Sequence record: SRR2962707_3138
Length of the DNA stretch: 47,960 bases
Strand: one strand, 5' to 3'
A program made the position numbers and the translations under genes. Below are positions 1 through 9,236 of the stretch, piece by piece; the first letter of the stretch is position 1; each line of letters opens with the position of its first letter. Below the pieces are notes generated by a model. That model ran no database searches and had not been told where the DNA came from. It saw only the letters and a list, made by a program, of their open reading frames with translations.

Positions 1-2
1 GA

Positions 3-296
3 GGAAGTGTTAACGATGTGTTTGTGGTGACAATCAGCGAAGTGCTTGGATTGGAGGAAGAGGAAATCGTATTGGTTTATCCAAACCCCGTAAATGGTGT
101 ACTGACCGTCGAGCTGCCCGAAAACACACGAAAACTTGGTTTGTTTAATTCGCTTGGACAAAAGGTCATGGCGATAGATCCGGTTCCCGGTTCCGATAGA
201 TTGGAAATGAATGTAGAGGAGTTGGGTTCCGGTCTTTACATGCTGATTATAGAAACCGATAAGAACCAGCTAACTAAAACAGTTCTTAAAAGGTGA
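3..296 (+). CDS. C-terminal fragment of a T9SS type A sorting-domain protein (5' truncated by window edge)
   Basis: Frame is open from the window start. VYPNP...LFNSLGQKV...LGSGLYMLII...TKTVLKR is a typical Por/T9SS CTD. Confidence 0.9.
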   Translation, partial: GSVNDVFVVTISEVLGLEEEEIVLVYPNPVNGVLTVELPENTRKLGLFNSLGQKVMAIDPVPGSDRLEMNVEELGSGLYMLIIETDKNQLTKTVLKR

Positions 297-383
297 AAAT
301 GGTCAACATCGCAATCCTCCTTAGGAGGGTTGTGATTGGCCAATGATGATAACTAAGGCGGCATTTGCTTAAGGCAGATGTTT

Positions 384-416
384 AAAGCGGCCCTCAGAGG
401 GCCGCTTTTGTTTTTG
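384..416 (+). terminator. Rho-independent terminator
   Basis: AAAGCGGCCCT-cag-AGGGCCGCTTT perfect 11-bp stem followed by TGTTTTT. Confidence 0.85.
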
Positions 417-560
417 CCAATTGTTTCAATTCACTCTTTCTTACTATGACAGGGGTGCCTTGCGCTATGACAGCAATACCTTGGAGTATGTAGGCATTTA
501 GTCGATCTAATTTGATCGTTCTACGTTAATATCCAGGGAAATAAAGCGTACTTTTAATGT

Positions 561-797
561 ATGGATAATGGACGAATTCAAAAGCTACTTAAAAAATACC
601 GGGACGAGAATCAATCCGCGCTAAAGGAAATAAAATTGTCCATGGAGGAATTGAAACTGTCCCTTGCAGCCACTGTGAGTCATTTCAATATTGCTGTAGA
701 TAGAATGGAGGCAGCAAATGAAGAATTTGCTTCCGAGATCTCCGATCACATTGTTGATCTGGATGTGAGGGTGTCGAAGCTGGAAGCAAAAGACTGA
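561..797 (+). CDS. Small hypothetical coiled-coil protein
   Basis: 78-aa ATG ORF with heptad pattern, ending LDVRVSKLEAKD; no family recognised. Confidence 0.6.
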   Translation: MDNGRIQKLLKKYRDENQSALKEIKLSMEELKLSLAATVSHFNIAVDRMEAANEEFASEISDHIVDLDVRVSKLEAKD

Positions 798-805
798 TTC
801 TATCC

Positions 806-1072
806 ATGCCCTCCAAACGAATCCTGATTCTTTCATCAATACTTCTGTTACTCCATATCTCTAGTGAGGTCTATCGGTACTTTAACCAAAATGCTTGGGT
901 GGTGTTGCCTCCTTTAAGTGCTTTAACTGACGAACAATTAAATGAATTCAACCTTCAAAATGAACGCAAAGAGTTTATCAACAGTCTGGTTAGCATATTA
1001 GGAGCGGGTTCTAAATGGTTATTTTTTGGGGTTACCCTATGGTATCTAAAATTGCATCTAAGAAAGAATTAG
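806..1072 (+). CDS. Small hypothetical membrane protein (2 TM)
   Basis: Hydrophobic N- and C-terminal segments; starts 8 nt after the previous ORF. Confidence 0.55.
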   Translation: MPSKRILILSSILLLLHISSEVYRYFNQNAWVVLPPLSALTDEQLNEFNLQNERKEFINSLVSILGAGSKWLFFGVTLWYLKLHLRKN

Positions 1073-1086
1073 CAGATTTAGTTCAT

Positions 1087-2250
1087 TTAAATCAGCACAC
1101 ACTCTACTTGTTCCCCTCTCTTCTTCACCCCAACTCCATCCAAAAACACCAACGCATTACCCTGAGCCATGGAATGAATCATGGAAGAGCCTTGTCCATC
1201 TAGAATAGTAACTGACCCGTTTTCGATTCGAGCCTTTAGAAAAGTCGGGCGGTCGGATTTGAAATGATAGTCTTCATTAAGAGGTAGCTCTAGTCGCATC
1301 AGGCCATTTCCTGAACCACCTGATAATCTCTGTAGCATCGGGATCACATAGATGTAAAAGCAGGTGAGCGATGAAGCAGGATTTCCTGGAAGGGCAAACA
1401 CAAACTGATCGTCCCTTCGACCAAAATAGAGTGGCTTACCTGGCTTTTGTAGCACTTTGTAGAAAACCTCCTCCACATCATTTTCCTCCAGTGCCTGTTT
1501 TACATAGTCGTAATCACCCACAGATATCCCACCTGTGATTAACAATACATCACATTGAGTAAGGCTATCCTCAATACCATTTGAAATGACATCCAGGTCA
1601 TCAGCTATGATTTTTCTCCCACTGCAATAAAAACCATGATCTTGTAGTGCTGTCGACAAGGTCTGACTATTGGATTCATAGATCTGCCCTGATTCCATTT
1701 TCTGGCCAGGCTCAATCAATTCATTCCCGGTTGAAATTATATGAATAGCAGGCTGCTGAAAAGTGGCTACCGTATCAAATCCCAGTGAATTCAACACACC
1801 AACAGTAGCGGGAGTTACCTGATGCCCAATTTCGAATACCGTTTGACCTTCAGAAATCTCAGATCCTTTGCGTCTAATGTTCTTACCGACAATTACTTCT
1901 TCTTCCAACATCAAAGTAGTTCCTTCTACCCTGGTCTTTTCCTGCATGATCACGGCTGTCGTATTTTCTGGCACACGACCGCCAGTAAAAATGCGCATGG
2001 CTTTACCGGGTTCCAATGAATAGGTGTTGGTGTTCCCTGCCGCAACTTCCCCTATAATCTCGAAGGATTGTTGTTCACCACATATGGCATAGCCATCCAT
2101 GGCTGAATTGTCAAAAGATGGTAAATCGAATGGAGATTTGATAGGTTCGGAGAGATAGCAACCCAACGCTTGAGGGAGAGGTAATTCTTCGGGAATTAAT
2201 TCCACCTCCTGTTGCGCAATGAGTCGTAGTGCTTCTTCGATTGATACCAT
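1087..2250 (-). CDS. moeA: Molybdopterin molybdotransferase MoeA (gephyrin-like)
   Basis: PSFDNSAMDGYA, RIFTGGRVP, STGNEL, TGGISVGDYD, KPGKP, LPGNP motifs. Confidence 0.96.
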   Translation of the reverse strand: MVSIEEALRLIAQQEVELIPEELPLPQALGCYLSEPIKSPFDLPSFDNSAMDGYAICGEQQSFEIIGEVAAGNTNTYSLEPGKAMRIFTGGRVPENTTAVIMQEKTRVEGTTLMLEEEVIVGKNIRRKGSEISEGQTVFEIGHQVTPATVGVLNSLGFDTVATFQQPAIHIISTGNELIEPGQKMESGQIYESNSQTLSTALQDHGFYCSGRKIIADDLDVISNGIEDSLTQCDVLLITGGISVGDYDYVKQALEENDVEEVFYKVLQKPGKPLYFGRRDDQFVFALPGNPASSLTCFYIYVIPMLQRLSGGSGNGLMRLELPLNEDYHFKSDRPTFLKARIENGSVTILDGQGSSMIHSMAQGNALVFLDGVGVKKRGEQVECVLI

Positions 2251-3233
2251 TAGCCTCCAATTGAGATCATTGATCGGTTCTTTTCATAGTGCGCTTCATC
2301 CATCTTCAACCCCATACCATCACGGGAGAATTTCTTTGTTTTGATGGCATCCAAAATGATTGAACCGATCTGTTTTCCTTCCCGGTATGGCTTCAGGAGA
2401 TCGGTCTCTGCGGCCGCAAACAAGCAATTTTTCATCTTACCATCTGCTGTAAGTCGAATTCTGTTACAATCGGAACAGAAGGGTTGAGTGATCGTGCTGA
2501 TAATCCCAAAGCTTCCTTTGTATCCCTTCACTTTGAAGTTTTTCGAGGTACTATGTTTGGGATTGTCGAGTATCTCGATGCTTCCAAATTTGGATTTAGC
2601 TTCTGTCAAAATTTCTTCTTCACTTACACCCTTACTCCAGTCCCATTGATTGCCTTTAAAAGGCATGAACTCAATAAACTTGACGGTAATGTTTTCTTTC
2701 TCCGTCAGTTGGATAAAGTCTGCAATTTCCTTTTCATTCACCTCTTTGATCAGCACCACATTTAACTTGATTTCGAACCCTCTTTTCACACCCTCCTTGA
2801 TGTTTGCCATGATGCGTTCGAAGTAATCACGTTTGGTGATGAAAGCGTTTTTGGCTTGCTCAAGACTATCCAGGCTGACATTGATTTTCTTCAATCCAAT
2901 TTCCTCAAACAGATCATAAAACTTGTCCAGTAGAATACCATTGGTGGTAAGCTTGAGTGTGACTCCTAATTTGGTTAACTCCCGAACAAGGAATTCGAAA
3001 TTCTTCCTAATCAAAGGCTCACCACCGGTAAAGCGAATGGTGTCAATTCCTAAACCAACAAATGTCTTTGAAATCTCAATAACCTCTTCCAGCTTCATGA
3101 TGCTGGGCTTCTCCATCAATTCAATGCCTTCCTCCGGCATGCAGTAAAAACAACGCAGATTGCATCGATCCGTCAGAGAGATGCGGAGATAGGTGTGTGG
3201 TCTTCCAAACGTATCGACAATCTGTGGTTTCAT
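2250..3233 (-). CDS. moaA: GTP 3',8-cyclase MoaA (radical SAM)
   Basis: YLRISLTDRCNLRCFYC, TGGEPL, FCSDCNRIRLTADG...C, C-terminal IGG. Start moved to the ATG at 3233, which overlaps the upstream stop (ATGA). Confidence 0.96.
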   Translation of the reverse strand: MKPQIVDTFGRPHTYLRISLTDRCNLRCFYCMPEEGIELMEKPSIMKLEEVIEISKTFVGLGIDTIRFTGGEPLIRKNFEFLVRELTKLGVTLKLTTNGILLDKFYDLFEEIGLKKINVSLDSLEQAKNAFITKRDYFERIMANIKEGVKRGFEIKLNVVLIKEVNEKEIADFIQLTEKENITVKFIEFMPFKGNQWDWSKGVSEEEILTEAKSKFGSIEILDNPKHSTSKNFKVKGYKGSFGIISTITQPFCSDCNRIRLTADGKMKNCLFAAAETDLLKPYREGKQIGSIILDAIKTKKFSRDGMGLKMDEAHYEKNRSMISIGG

Positions 3234-4126
3234 CAATGTCCTCCTCCTTTCAACACATGAAACACATGAAAAAGTTGCGGAAATACTGAATTTAGACAAT
3301 CGGCCACTCCTCCTGTAGAACCGGGAATAGCCAGAATTACCGCACCACTTCTAATTCCAGCTAAAGACCGAGATAACATGGCATAGCGCATACGTTCTTG
3401 CCCATATCTACGCATTTCTTCTTCTACACCATTCAAGATTGTATCCAGCATTGGTCGAACGGTATCCGGTGTAATATCTCTTGGTCCTGCACCAGTTCCG
3501 CCTGTAAAGATGAGCAGGTCACCTTCAAAAGACTCCACTTGTTTTTGAATCGATGAAGCCTCATCCGGAATAACTTCATAAGCAGTTGCTAATCCATATT
3601 CTTTCATTCGATTTACAATTAGCTTGCCTCCCTTGTCCTCTTTCTCTCCTTTGGAAACTGTATCAGAACAAACAACGACCTTACATTTCAAATTTCCCGG
3701 AGAGGTCTCGTAAGACGATTTACCCCCGGTTTTCTTCAGCAACTTGATTGAGCTAATCTCAATATGCTTATCGACTGGTTTGAGCATGTCATACATATTA
3801 AGAGCCACGATGCTCGCTCCGTGCATGGCCTCCACTTCTACTCCCGTCTTGTAGATGGTTTTGACAGTCATCAATATTTTGATTTCCAATCCTTCAATCT
3901 CGTACTCTACTCCAGTAAATTCGATGGGTAACGGATGACAATCAGGTAGTAGATCTGGCGTCTTTTTTACACCAAGTAACCCAGCCGCTTTCGACATTTC
4001 AAACACATTTCCTTTTGGGATTTTGTCCGCATGAATCAGATCAATGGTTTTCTGATCACCTACCTTGACGATTGCTTGTGCAGTGGCATCCCGGAGGGTG
4101 TTCGATTTATGTGTGATATCTACCAT
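3233..4126 (-). CDS. moaC: Bifunctional MoaC / MoaB-MogA fusion
   Basis: MVDITHK, LLPDCHPL, KTGVEVEA, KTGGKS (MoaC), then TGGTGAGPRDITPD and IPGS (Mog/MoaB). Start moved to the ATG at 4126. Confidence 0.93.
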   Translation of the reverse strand: MVDITHKSNTLRDATAQAIVKVGDQKTIDLIHADKIPKGNVFEMSKAAGLLGVKKTPDLLPDCHPLPIEFTGVEYEIEGLEIKILMTVKTIYKTGVEVEAMHGASIVALNMYDMLKPVDKHIEISSIKLLKKTGGKSSYETSPGNLKCKVVVCSDTVSKGEKEDKGGKLIVNRMKEYGLATAYEVIPDEASSIQKQVESFEGDLLIFTGGTGAGPRDITPDTVRPMLDTILNGVEEEMRRYGQERMRYAMLSRSLAGIRSGAVILAIPGSTGGVADCLNSVFPQLFHVFHVLKGGGH

Positions 4127-4166
4127 ATTATCGGTGATTCGGTATTCAGTGAAAATGTAATCAGTG
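4127..4166. repeat. Degenerate ~7-nt periodic array, downstream flank of the four-helix-bundle gene
   Basis: Minus strand reads CACTGAT TACATTTT CACTGAA TACCGAA TCACCGAT; complementary to the array at 4545-4607. Confidence 0.7.
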
Positions 4167-4544
4167 GAGCTTACCACAGAAACTAGATGATTTATTAATC
4201 ATCGATCCAATCATTTTGCCCAATTGTTCAAATTGCTGAATGTATGAATCTGCATCCTGAACTGAAATATAGCTACAATCTCGAGCAGTCTCAATCCAAT
4301 GTTGAGTTTCCTGTTGTTCACCATCAGCATCTGTCAGTTTACTAATAAAATGCTTTTCATATCTCCGTTTCGCCCAGGCCTCTGCGATCTGTGCACCAAC
4401 GGACCTTGATGATCTGCGAATTTGGTCGGTCATCGAATAAATTTCCTCCTTCGGAAATCTCTTGGTCAGCTCAAAGATGTCCATCGACAACTTCTTTGCC
4501 AATTTGTATACTTCTAAATCTCGAAAACTGCTTACATATGTCAT
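4161..4544 (-). CDS. Four-helix-bundle protein (23S rRNA IVS protein / Avd-like family)
   Basis: SFRDLEVYK, FPKEEIYSMTDQIRRSSRSVGAQIAEAW, ETQHWIETARDCSYI signature. Confidence 0.92.
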   Translation of the reverse strand: MTYVSSFRDLEVYKLAKKLSMDIFELTKRFPKEEIYSMTDQIRRSSRSVGAQIAEAWAKRRYEKHFISKLTDADGEQQETQHWIETARDCSYISVQDADSYIQQFEQLGKMIGSMINKSSSFCGKLH

Positions 4545-4607
4545 ATACCGCCAGTTACTAATTACCGCAACACTGATTACTGATTACCATTGAACGGATT
4601 ACCGATT
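4545..4607. repeat. Degenerate ~7-nt periodic array, upstream flank of the four-helix-bundle gene
   Basis: Minus strand reads ATCGGTA ATCCGTT CAATGGTA ATCAGTA ATCAGTG TTGCGGTA ATTAGTA ACTGGCGGTA. Confidence 0.7.
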
Positions 4608-5042
4608 TACTTTCCACTGATGGGTTTCGTCTTCGAATATCTCTTTGCCAAACACAGGCACTTTCTCCTTAATCTCTTCTACCAGGTAATTGCATGCTTC
4701 AATGGCTACTTTTCTATGTGCTGAGGAAGTGAAAACAAACAGGCATAGTTCTCCTGTTTTAACCACACCCAAACTATGGTAGATGTGACAGCAAGTCATG
4801 TCAAATTTCTCAAAAGCAGACTCTCGGATTTCGTGGAAAGCCTTTTCAGCCATTTCTTCATAAGCGGAATAGTCAATCGCCTGCACCACTTTCCCTTCGA
4901 TCTCATCCGATCGTACCTGCCCTAAGAAAATGCTATGTGCACCAATATTGGTTTTGGATTGATGATTAGCAATGGATTTTGCAATCTTCTCGGGAGGGAT
5001 TGGTCCTTCTACAAATACCTTTTTGGGTTTCTTATCGCTCAT
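4599..5042 (-). CDS. moaE: Molybdopterin synthase catalytic subunit MoaE
   Basis: GAHSIFLGQVR, YSAYEEMA, HSLG, SAHR, IKEKVPVFGKE. Confidence 0.94.
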   Translation of the reverse strand: MSDKKPKKVFVEGPIPPEKIAKSIANHQSKTNIGAHSIFLGQVRSDEIEGKVVQAIDYSAYEEMAEKAFHEIRESAFEKFDMTCCHIYHSLGVVKTGELCLFVFTSSAHRKVAIEACNYLVEEIKEKVPVFGKEIFEDETHQWKVNR

Positions 5043-6055
5043 TTCAGTAATGATTCTATACCGCCTTCAACATTGACCAAGTTAGTAAATCCGAATTCCT
5101 CCGAAAGCTGTTTGATGGCTTTTTTGCTTCGGATTCCGGACTGACAAAATACATGCACCGTTTCTTCTTTTGGTATTTCCGATACACGCTCAATCAATCG
5201 ATTCATTGAGATGACCAACACACGTTCATTCGACGCTCTTGGTTGTTCAAATGGTTCCCGTACATCGAGATATATTTTATCATCCAGAGTACAATTAATG
5301 GTCTCAGCTGTTAGCGGTCTGTTTTTTACTAATTCGATCTGTTTCGGATCTTTTTGAAAGGTAATTAGCTGTTCAGTTGAATTTAATGAGTCAACTATTT
5401 TCAATTTTCCCGAAAGAACCGTCCCAATTCCAAGGATCATCTTGAGTGCCTCTGCCGCTTGCATGGTCCCGAGTATTCCGGGTAATACCCCCAACACTCC
5501 GGTTTCTTCACAGTTATTGTTGTCTTTTAAATGGTGATCGGGATACAAGCAACGATAGGTTGGACCTCCTTGAAAATTGAATACGGAGAGTTGCCCCTGG
5601 TACTTATAAATTGAGGCCCCAACAAACGGCTTGTCCTTCAACACACATGCATCATTGATCAGGTACTTTGTTTGAAAGTTGTCCGTCCCATCCAGGATGA
5701 TGTCATAACTATCGATCAGATCAAGTGCATTCATTTCGGTCAGCCGATCATTAACTGCAATAACTTCAATATCCGAATTGGCTCTTTGAAGTTTGAGTTG
5801 TGCTACTTCTGATTTTGACTTCCCTATGTCCTCCTCAGAAAAAAGAACCTGTCGGTGAAGGTTGGTAATATCTACTATATCATGATCCAGTAGGCCTATT
5901 CTGCCCACGCCTGCTGCAGCCAGGTATTGAGCCGCCGGGCAACCCAACCCACCAACTCCCACGAGCAGCACACTGGATTTTCGCAACTTCTCCTGACCTT
6001 TCTCTCCAATTTCAGTCAGTTTGATCTGTCGGTCATATCGCTGTGAATTGCTCAT
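5039..6055 (-). CDS. moeB: Molybdopterin-synthase adenylyltransferase MoeB with C-terminal rhodanese domain
   Basis: RYDRQI, VGVGGLG, TNLHRQ, DGTDNF; rhodanese LDVRE...VFCQSGIRS...NVEGGI. Confidence 0.92.
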   Translation of the reverse strand: MSNSQRYDRQIKLTEIGEKGQEKLRKSSVLLVGVGGLGCPAAQYLAAAGVGRIGLLDHDIVDITNLHRQVLFSEEDIGKSKSEVAQLKLQRANSDIEVIAVNDRLTEMNALDLIDSYDIILDGTDNFQTKYLINDACVLKDKPFVGASIYKYQGQLSVFNFQGGPTYRCLYPDHHLKDNNNCEETGVLGVLPGILGTMQAAEALKMILGIGTVLSGKLKIVDSLNSTEQLITFQKDPKQIELVKNRPLTAETINCTLDDKIYLDVREPFEQPRASNERVLVISMNRLIERVSEIPKEETVHVFCQSGIRSKKAIKQLSEEFGFTNLVNVEGGIESLLK

Positions 6056-6288
6056 CCGCCTGCAAATGGAGGTAGTAAGGCCACTTCATCTCCATCGTGA
6101 AGAGATCCAGAATTCATCAAAGTCTGATTAACAGCGATTTGAAAGGAGAGATTGCCAATTGACTCATATTTTGTCAGACAGAGCCGCCGAAGTTCCTCTA
6201 CGGTGCTGACCTTTTCCAGATCTACAGTCTCCTCAGAAACACCCACTTCCTCTGCGATCGCTCCAAAATATTTTACAGTTATGGCCAT
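6052..6288 (-). CDS. moaD: Molybdopterin synthase sulfur carrier MoaD
   Basis: VKYFG, IAVNQ, DGDEVALLPPFAGG with C-terminal GG. Confidence 0.94.
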   Translation of the reverse strand: MAITVKYFGAIAEEVGVSEETVDLEKVSTVEELRRLCLTKYESIGNLSFQIAVNQTLMNSGSLHDGDEVALLPPFAGG

Positions 6289-6884
6289 TTGCTTTTACTT
6301 AATTTTTCTACATCCTCGAGGGTATCCACATCTATCGATCCTTTCTCAAAGTCTATCAGCTTTACCTTATCTTGATACTTCTGAATGATGCCTCTAGCTC
6401 CTCGATCTCCTTTCGACAACATTAATTCATCAAAATAATCACTTCCGATCAATGCTGGCACTCCCACTACCTCTCCATAATGGCATCCAATAATGTCAGC
6501 GCTTGTTTCAAAAGAATCCATGATACGCTGAAGAAGTTCCCTTGAAACAAAGGGTTGATCAGCGACCAAAAACAAAAGCCCCTCCAAATTAGGATTCAAT
6601 TCCAATGAATGCTCTACCCCTAATCGGATACTGCTCCCCATCCCTTCTTCCCAGTGATCATTCAATACTACTTGAAAATCATGGGTTTTAATTGCATGCT
6701 GAATCTCACTGGCATATGCACCAAGGACTACCAATTCGAGGTTCAAAGAAAATCCATTTACCAGATCAATAATTTGCTGCAAGAGATACTTGCCATTCCA
6801 TTCAAGTAGCTGCTTTGGTTGTCCCAATCTGCTCGATGATCCTGCAGCCAATACAATTACTCCTATGTGTCGCTGATCAATCAA
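6279..6884 (-). CDS. mocA: Molybdenum cofactor cytidylyltransferase-like nucleotidyltransferase
   Basis: VLAAGSSSRLGQPKQLL, WEEGMGSSI, DQP, GDRGAR, DVDT; next to xdhC. Confidence 0.85.
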   Translation of the reverse strand: MIDQRHIGVIVLAAGSSSRLGQPKQLLEWNGKYLLQQIIDLVNGFSLNLELVVLGAYASEIQHAIKTHDFQVVLNDHWEEGMGSSIRLGVEHSLELNPNLEGLLFLVADQPFVSRELLQRIMDSFETSADIIGCHYGEVVGVPALIGSDYFDELMLSKGDRGARGIIQKYQDKVKLIDFEKGSIDVDTLEDVEKLSKSKWP

Positions 6885-8037
6885 GAATCACTTGTTTAAA
6901 GTCGTTATTCTTCTTCAGATGAATGGGGCCATCCTTTTGTTTTAGAAAACCGCCTCTTGTTCCTGACAATACCGACTGGATTTCGGAAAGAATGGATAAG
7001 CCAATTTCAGCTGGTGTTTCTGCACCTATTTCTAATCCAACAGGTGCATAAATTCTTTCCAAATCTTCCTGGCTCACCTCTACACCCTCATTTGCAATTT
7101 CAGCCAGCATTCGGTCGTACTTCTTTTTAGGCCCCAGGATTCCGATATAAGGTATTTCTTTTTGATCCAATAGTATTTTTAACACAGCCAGATCGTAGTT
7201 GTAATTGTGGGTCATCAGCACAAAAACGGTCTGCTGATTTATTGAAATACTATCAAGCACTTCTTCAGGCTTTGAAACTATTACCTGGCAGGAACTTGTA
7301 AATCGATCTGCACTTGCATGTGTTGGCCTTCCGTCCGTGATAATAATGTCCCAGCCTAACGTATCGGCCATTTGTGCTAAGACCTGTGCATCGTTTCCGG
7401 CACCAACCAACACCAGTGTTGGGGGTGGTGTAAATGCTTCGAGAAAAAGGTATTGCAACTTATCGCCCATTACATATTCCCGGAACAATCGATCCGTGCG
7501 ATCTTTTAACATTTCCCTGCCATCAATGATCACATGATCTACAATCCTGCTTTCGGGCAGGTGACCAGTTACATTTAAATGCTGATCAACGAATAGCGAA
7601 GTGCCCCATTGCTCCTGGTTTTTGTCCAGGTGAAAGAAGGTCCCAATCATAACAGTTTCCCCACTTTCATCTGCCTGCAATATCAGCTCAGCAGGATTGT
7701 CCTTTTTCTCAAAATCTAATGGCTCGAACAAAACTTGAATGATTCCATTGCAACCCAACTGTGCCCCAATAACAGCATCGTCTTCGTCACTCGTGTCATA
7801 TGTGACCAGCTTATTTTTATTTTGATGAAGTGCCAGCAATGCTTTTCGGAGTGCGTCACCTTCCAGGCATCCTCCACTGATTGCTCCGGTCATCACCCCA
7901 TTCTCATCTACCAACATCCGTGCTCCGGCGCGGCGATATGATGAACCTTCTACATGTACAACTGTAGCCAGAACACAAGGTGTTTGAGTTTTTTTGGCTC
8001 CATCATAAGCCGATAATATGGAATCGATTTCTCTCAC
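6877..8037 (-). CDS. xdhC: XdhC/CoxI-family molybdoenzyme maturation factor
   Basis: LATVVHVEGSSYRRAGARM, ISGGCLE, LGCNG, MTHNY, YIGILGP, PVGLEIGAETPAEI. Confidence 0.93.
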   Translation of the reverse strand: MREIDSILSAYDGAKKTQTPCVLATVVHVEGSSYRRAGARMLVDENGVMTGAISGGCLEGDALRKALLALHQNKNKLVTYDTSDEDDAVIGAQLGCNGIIQVLFEPLDFEKKDNPAELILQADESGETVMIGTFFHLDKNQEQWGTSLFVDQHLNVTGHLPESRIVDHVIIDGREMLKDRTDRLFREYVMGDKLQYLFLEAFTPPPTLVLVGAGNDAQVLAQMADTLGWDIIITDGRPTHASADRFTSSCQVIVSKPEEVLDSISINQQTVFVLMTHNYNYDLAVLKILLDQKEIPYIGILGPKKKYDRMLAEIANEGVEVSQEDLERIYAPVGLEIGAETPAEIGLSILSEIQSVLSGTRGGFLKQKDGPIHLKKNNDFKQVILD

Positions 8038-9188
8038 AATAATTGCATTCTCAGCTGATCAACAGCTCCTCGAATGATAGATATCGCCTTATTTACTTCT
8101 GCTTCGGTGGTGAATCGTCCTAAGCTAATTCTTAGTGAAGAAAAAGACAATGCATCGCTCAGTCCCATCGCCTTTAACACATGCGAAGGTTCAACTACAG
8201 CTGAATTACATGCAGAGCCTTGGGAAGCTGCCAATCCTTTCAATGATCTGAGTAATTTATTTCCATCTATTTCCTTGAATGTAAGGTTTGAAACATGAGG
8301 TAGTCGTTGAATCGATTTCCCATTTACTTGAACCCCACCCAACACACAAAGCTCTTTCTCCATCCGATCCCTCATAATACTAAGTCGCTGAATTTCATCC
8401 TCCATATCGTCCAATGCCAGCGCGCAAGCTTTTCCAAATCCCACTATTCCAGGAACGTTGAGTGTACCGGATCGAATCCCTTTCTCTTGGCCACCTCCTG
8501 TTATCTGAGACTTGATTTCAATACCTGAAGATTTATTTACAAAAAGCCCACCAACACCTTTGGGACCATAGAATTTATGAGCCGAAAAAGCAGCCATATC
8601 CAGCCCAAAGTCCTTCACATCTACATGAATCTTCCCAACAGATTGAGTTAGATCAGAAAATACCTTCACCCCCCTTTCATGGGCAATTTCAGTAATTTCC
8701 TTTATTGATTGCATAACTCCCGTTTCATTGTTGGCATGCATGATCACAACCAGCAATGTTTGATCTGTGATTGCATCTTTTAATGCCTCCATATCAATCA
8801 AACCATTTTCATCCACATCGAGGTAGGTCACTGATACACCGGATTCCTGCAATGTATTTAAACAATCCAAAACTGCCTTATGCTCTGTCTTGCAAGTGAT
8901 GATGTGGTTTCCTCTGGATTCATTTGCTTCCCAATATCCCTTTAGCGCCAGGTTGATAGCTTCGGTTGCTCCGGACGTAAAAGTGACCTCAGAAGATTTA
9001 GCATGAATTAATCTACTTACCTGTTCCCGTGCCAAATCAACCGCCTCCTCCGCTTCCCAGCCGAACGCATGTTGCTTGCTGGATGCATTACCAAATTTCT
9101 CTGTGAACCATGGAAGCATCTCTTCCAGCACAGTTGGATCAACAGGTGTTGTGGCATTATAGTCGAGATAAATAAGCTCTTCTTTCAT
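8034..9188 (-). CDS. iscS: Group I (IscS/NifS-like) cysteine desulfurase
   Basis: YLDYNATTP, TSGATE, ANNETG, SAHKFYGPKG (PLP Lys), RSGTLNVPG, SQGSAC (catalytic Cys). Confidence 0.9.
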   Translation of the reverse strand: MKEELIYLDYNATTPVDPTVLEEMLPWFTEKFGNASSKQHAFGWEAEEAVDLAREQVSRLIHAKSSEVTFTSGATEAINLALKGYWEANESRGNHIITCKTEHKAVLDCLNTLQESGVSVTYLDVDENGLIDMEALKDAITDQTLLVVIMHANNETGVMQSIKEITEIAHERGVKVFSDLTQSVGKIHVDVKDFGLDMAAFSAHKFYGPKGVGGLFVNKSSGIEIKSQITGGGQEKGIRSGTLNVPGIVGFGKACALALDDMEDEIQRLSIMRDRMEKELCVLGGVQVNGKSIQRLPHVSNLTFKEIDGNKLLRSLKGLAASQGSACNSAVVEPSHVLKAMGLSDALSFSSLRISLGRFTTEAEVNKAISIIRGAVDQLRMQLL

Positions 9189-9223
9189 CTTGATCCAGAA
9201 AACTAATCAATTCAGCCATTAAT

Positions 9224-9231
9224 TAAATTTG
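9224..9231 (+). promoter_or_regulatory. Bacteroidota -7 promoter element
   Basis: TAAATTTG matches TAnnTTTG, 5 nt before the ATG at 9237. Confidence 0.6.
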
Positions 9232-9236
9232 ACAGC

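Noticed and set aside
3233-4126. MoaC-Mog fusion as a novelty
   Set aside because: This fusion is the usual arrangement in Bacteroidota.
4161-4544. Diversity-generating retroelement or rRNA intervening sequence suggested by the Avd/IVS-like gene
   Set aside because: No reverse transcriptase, no TR/VR pair and no rRNA sequence seen in the window.
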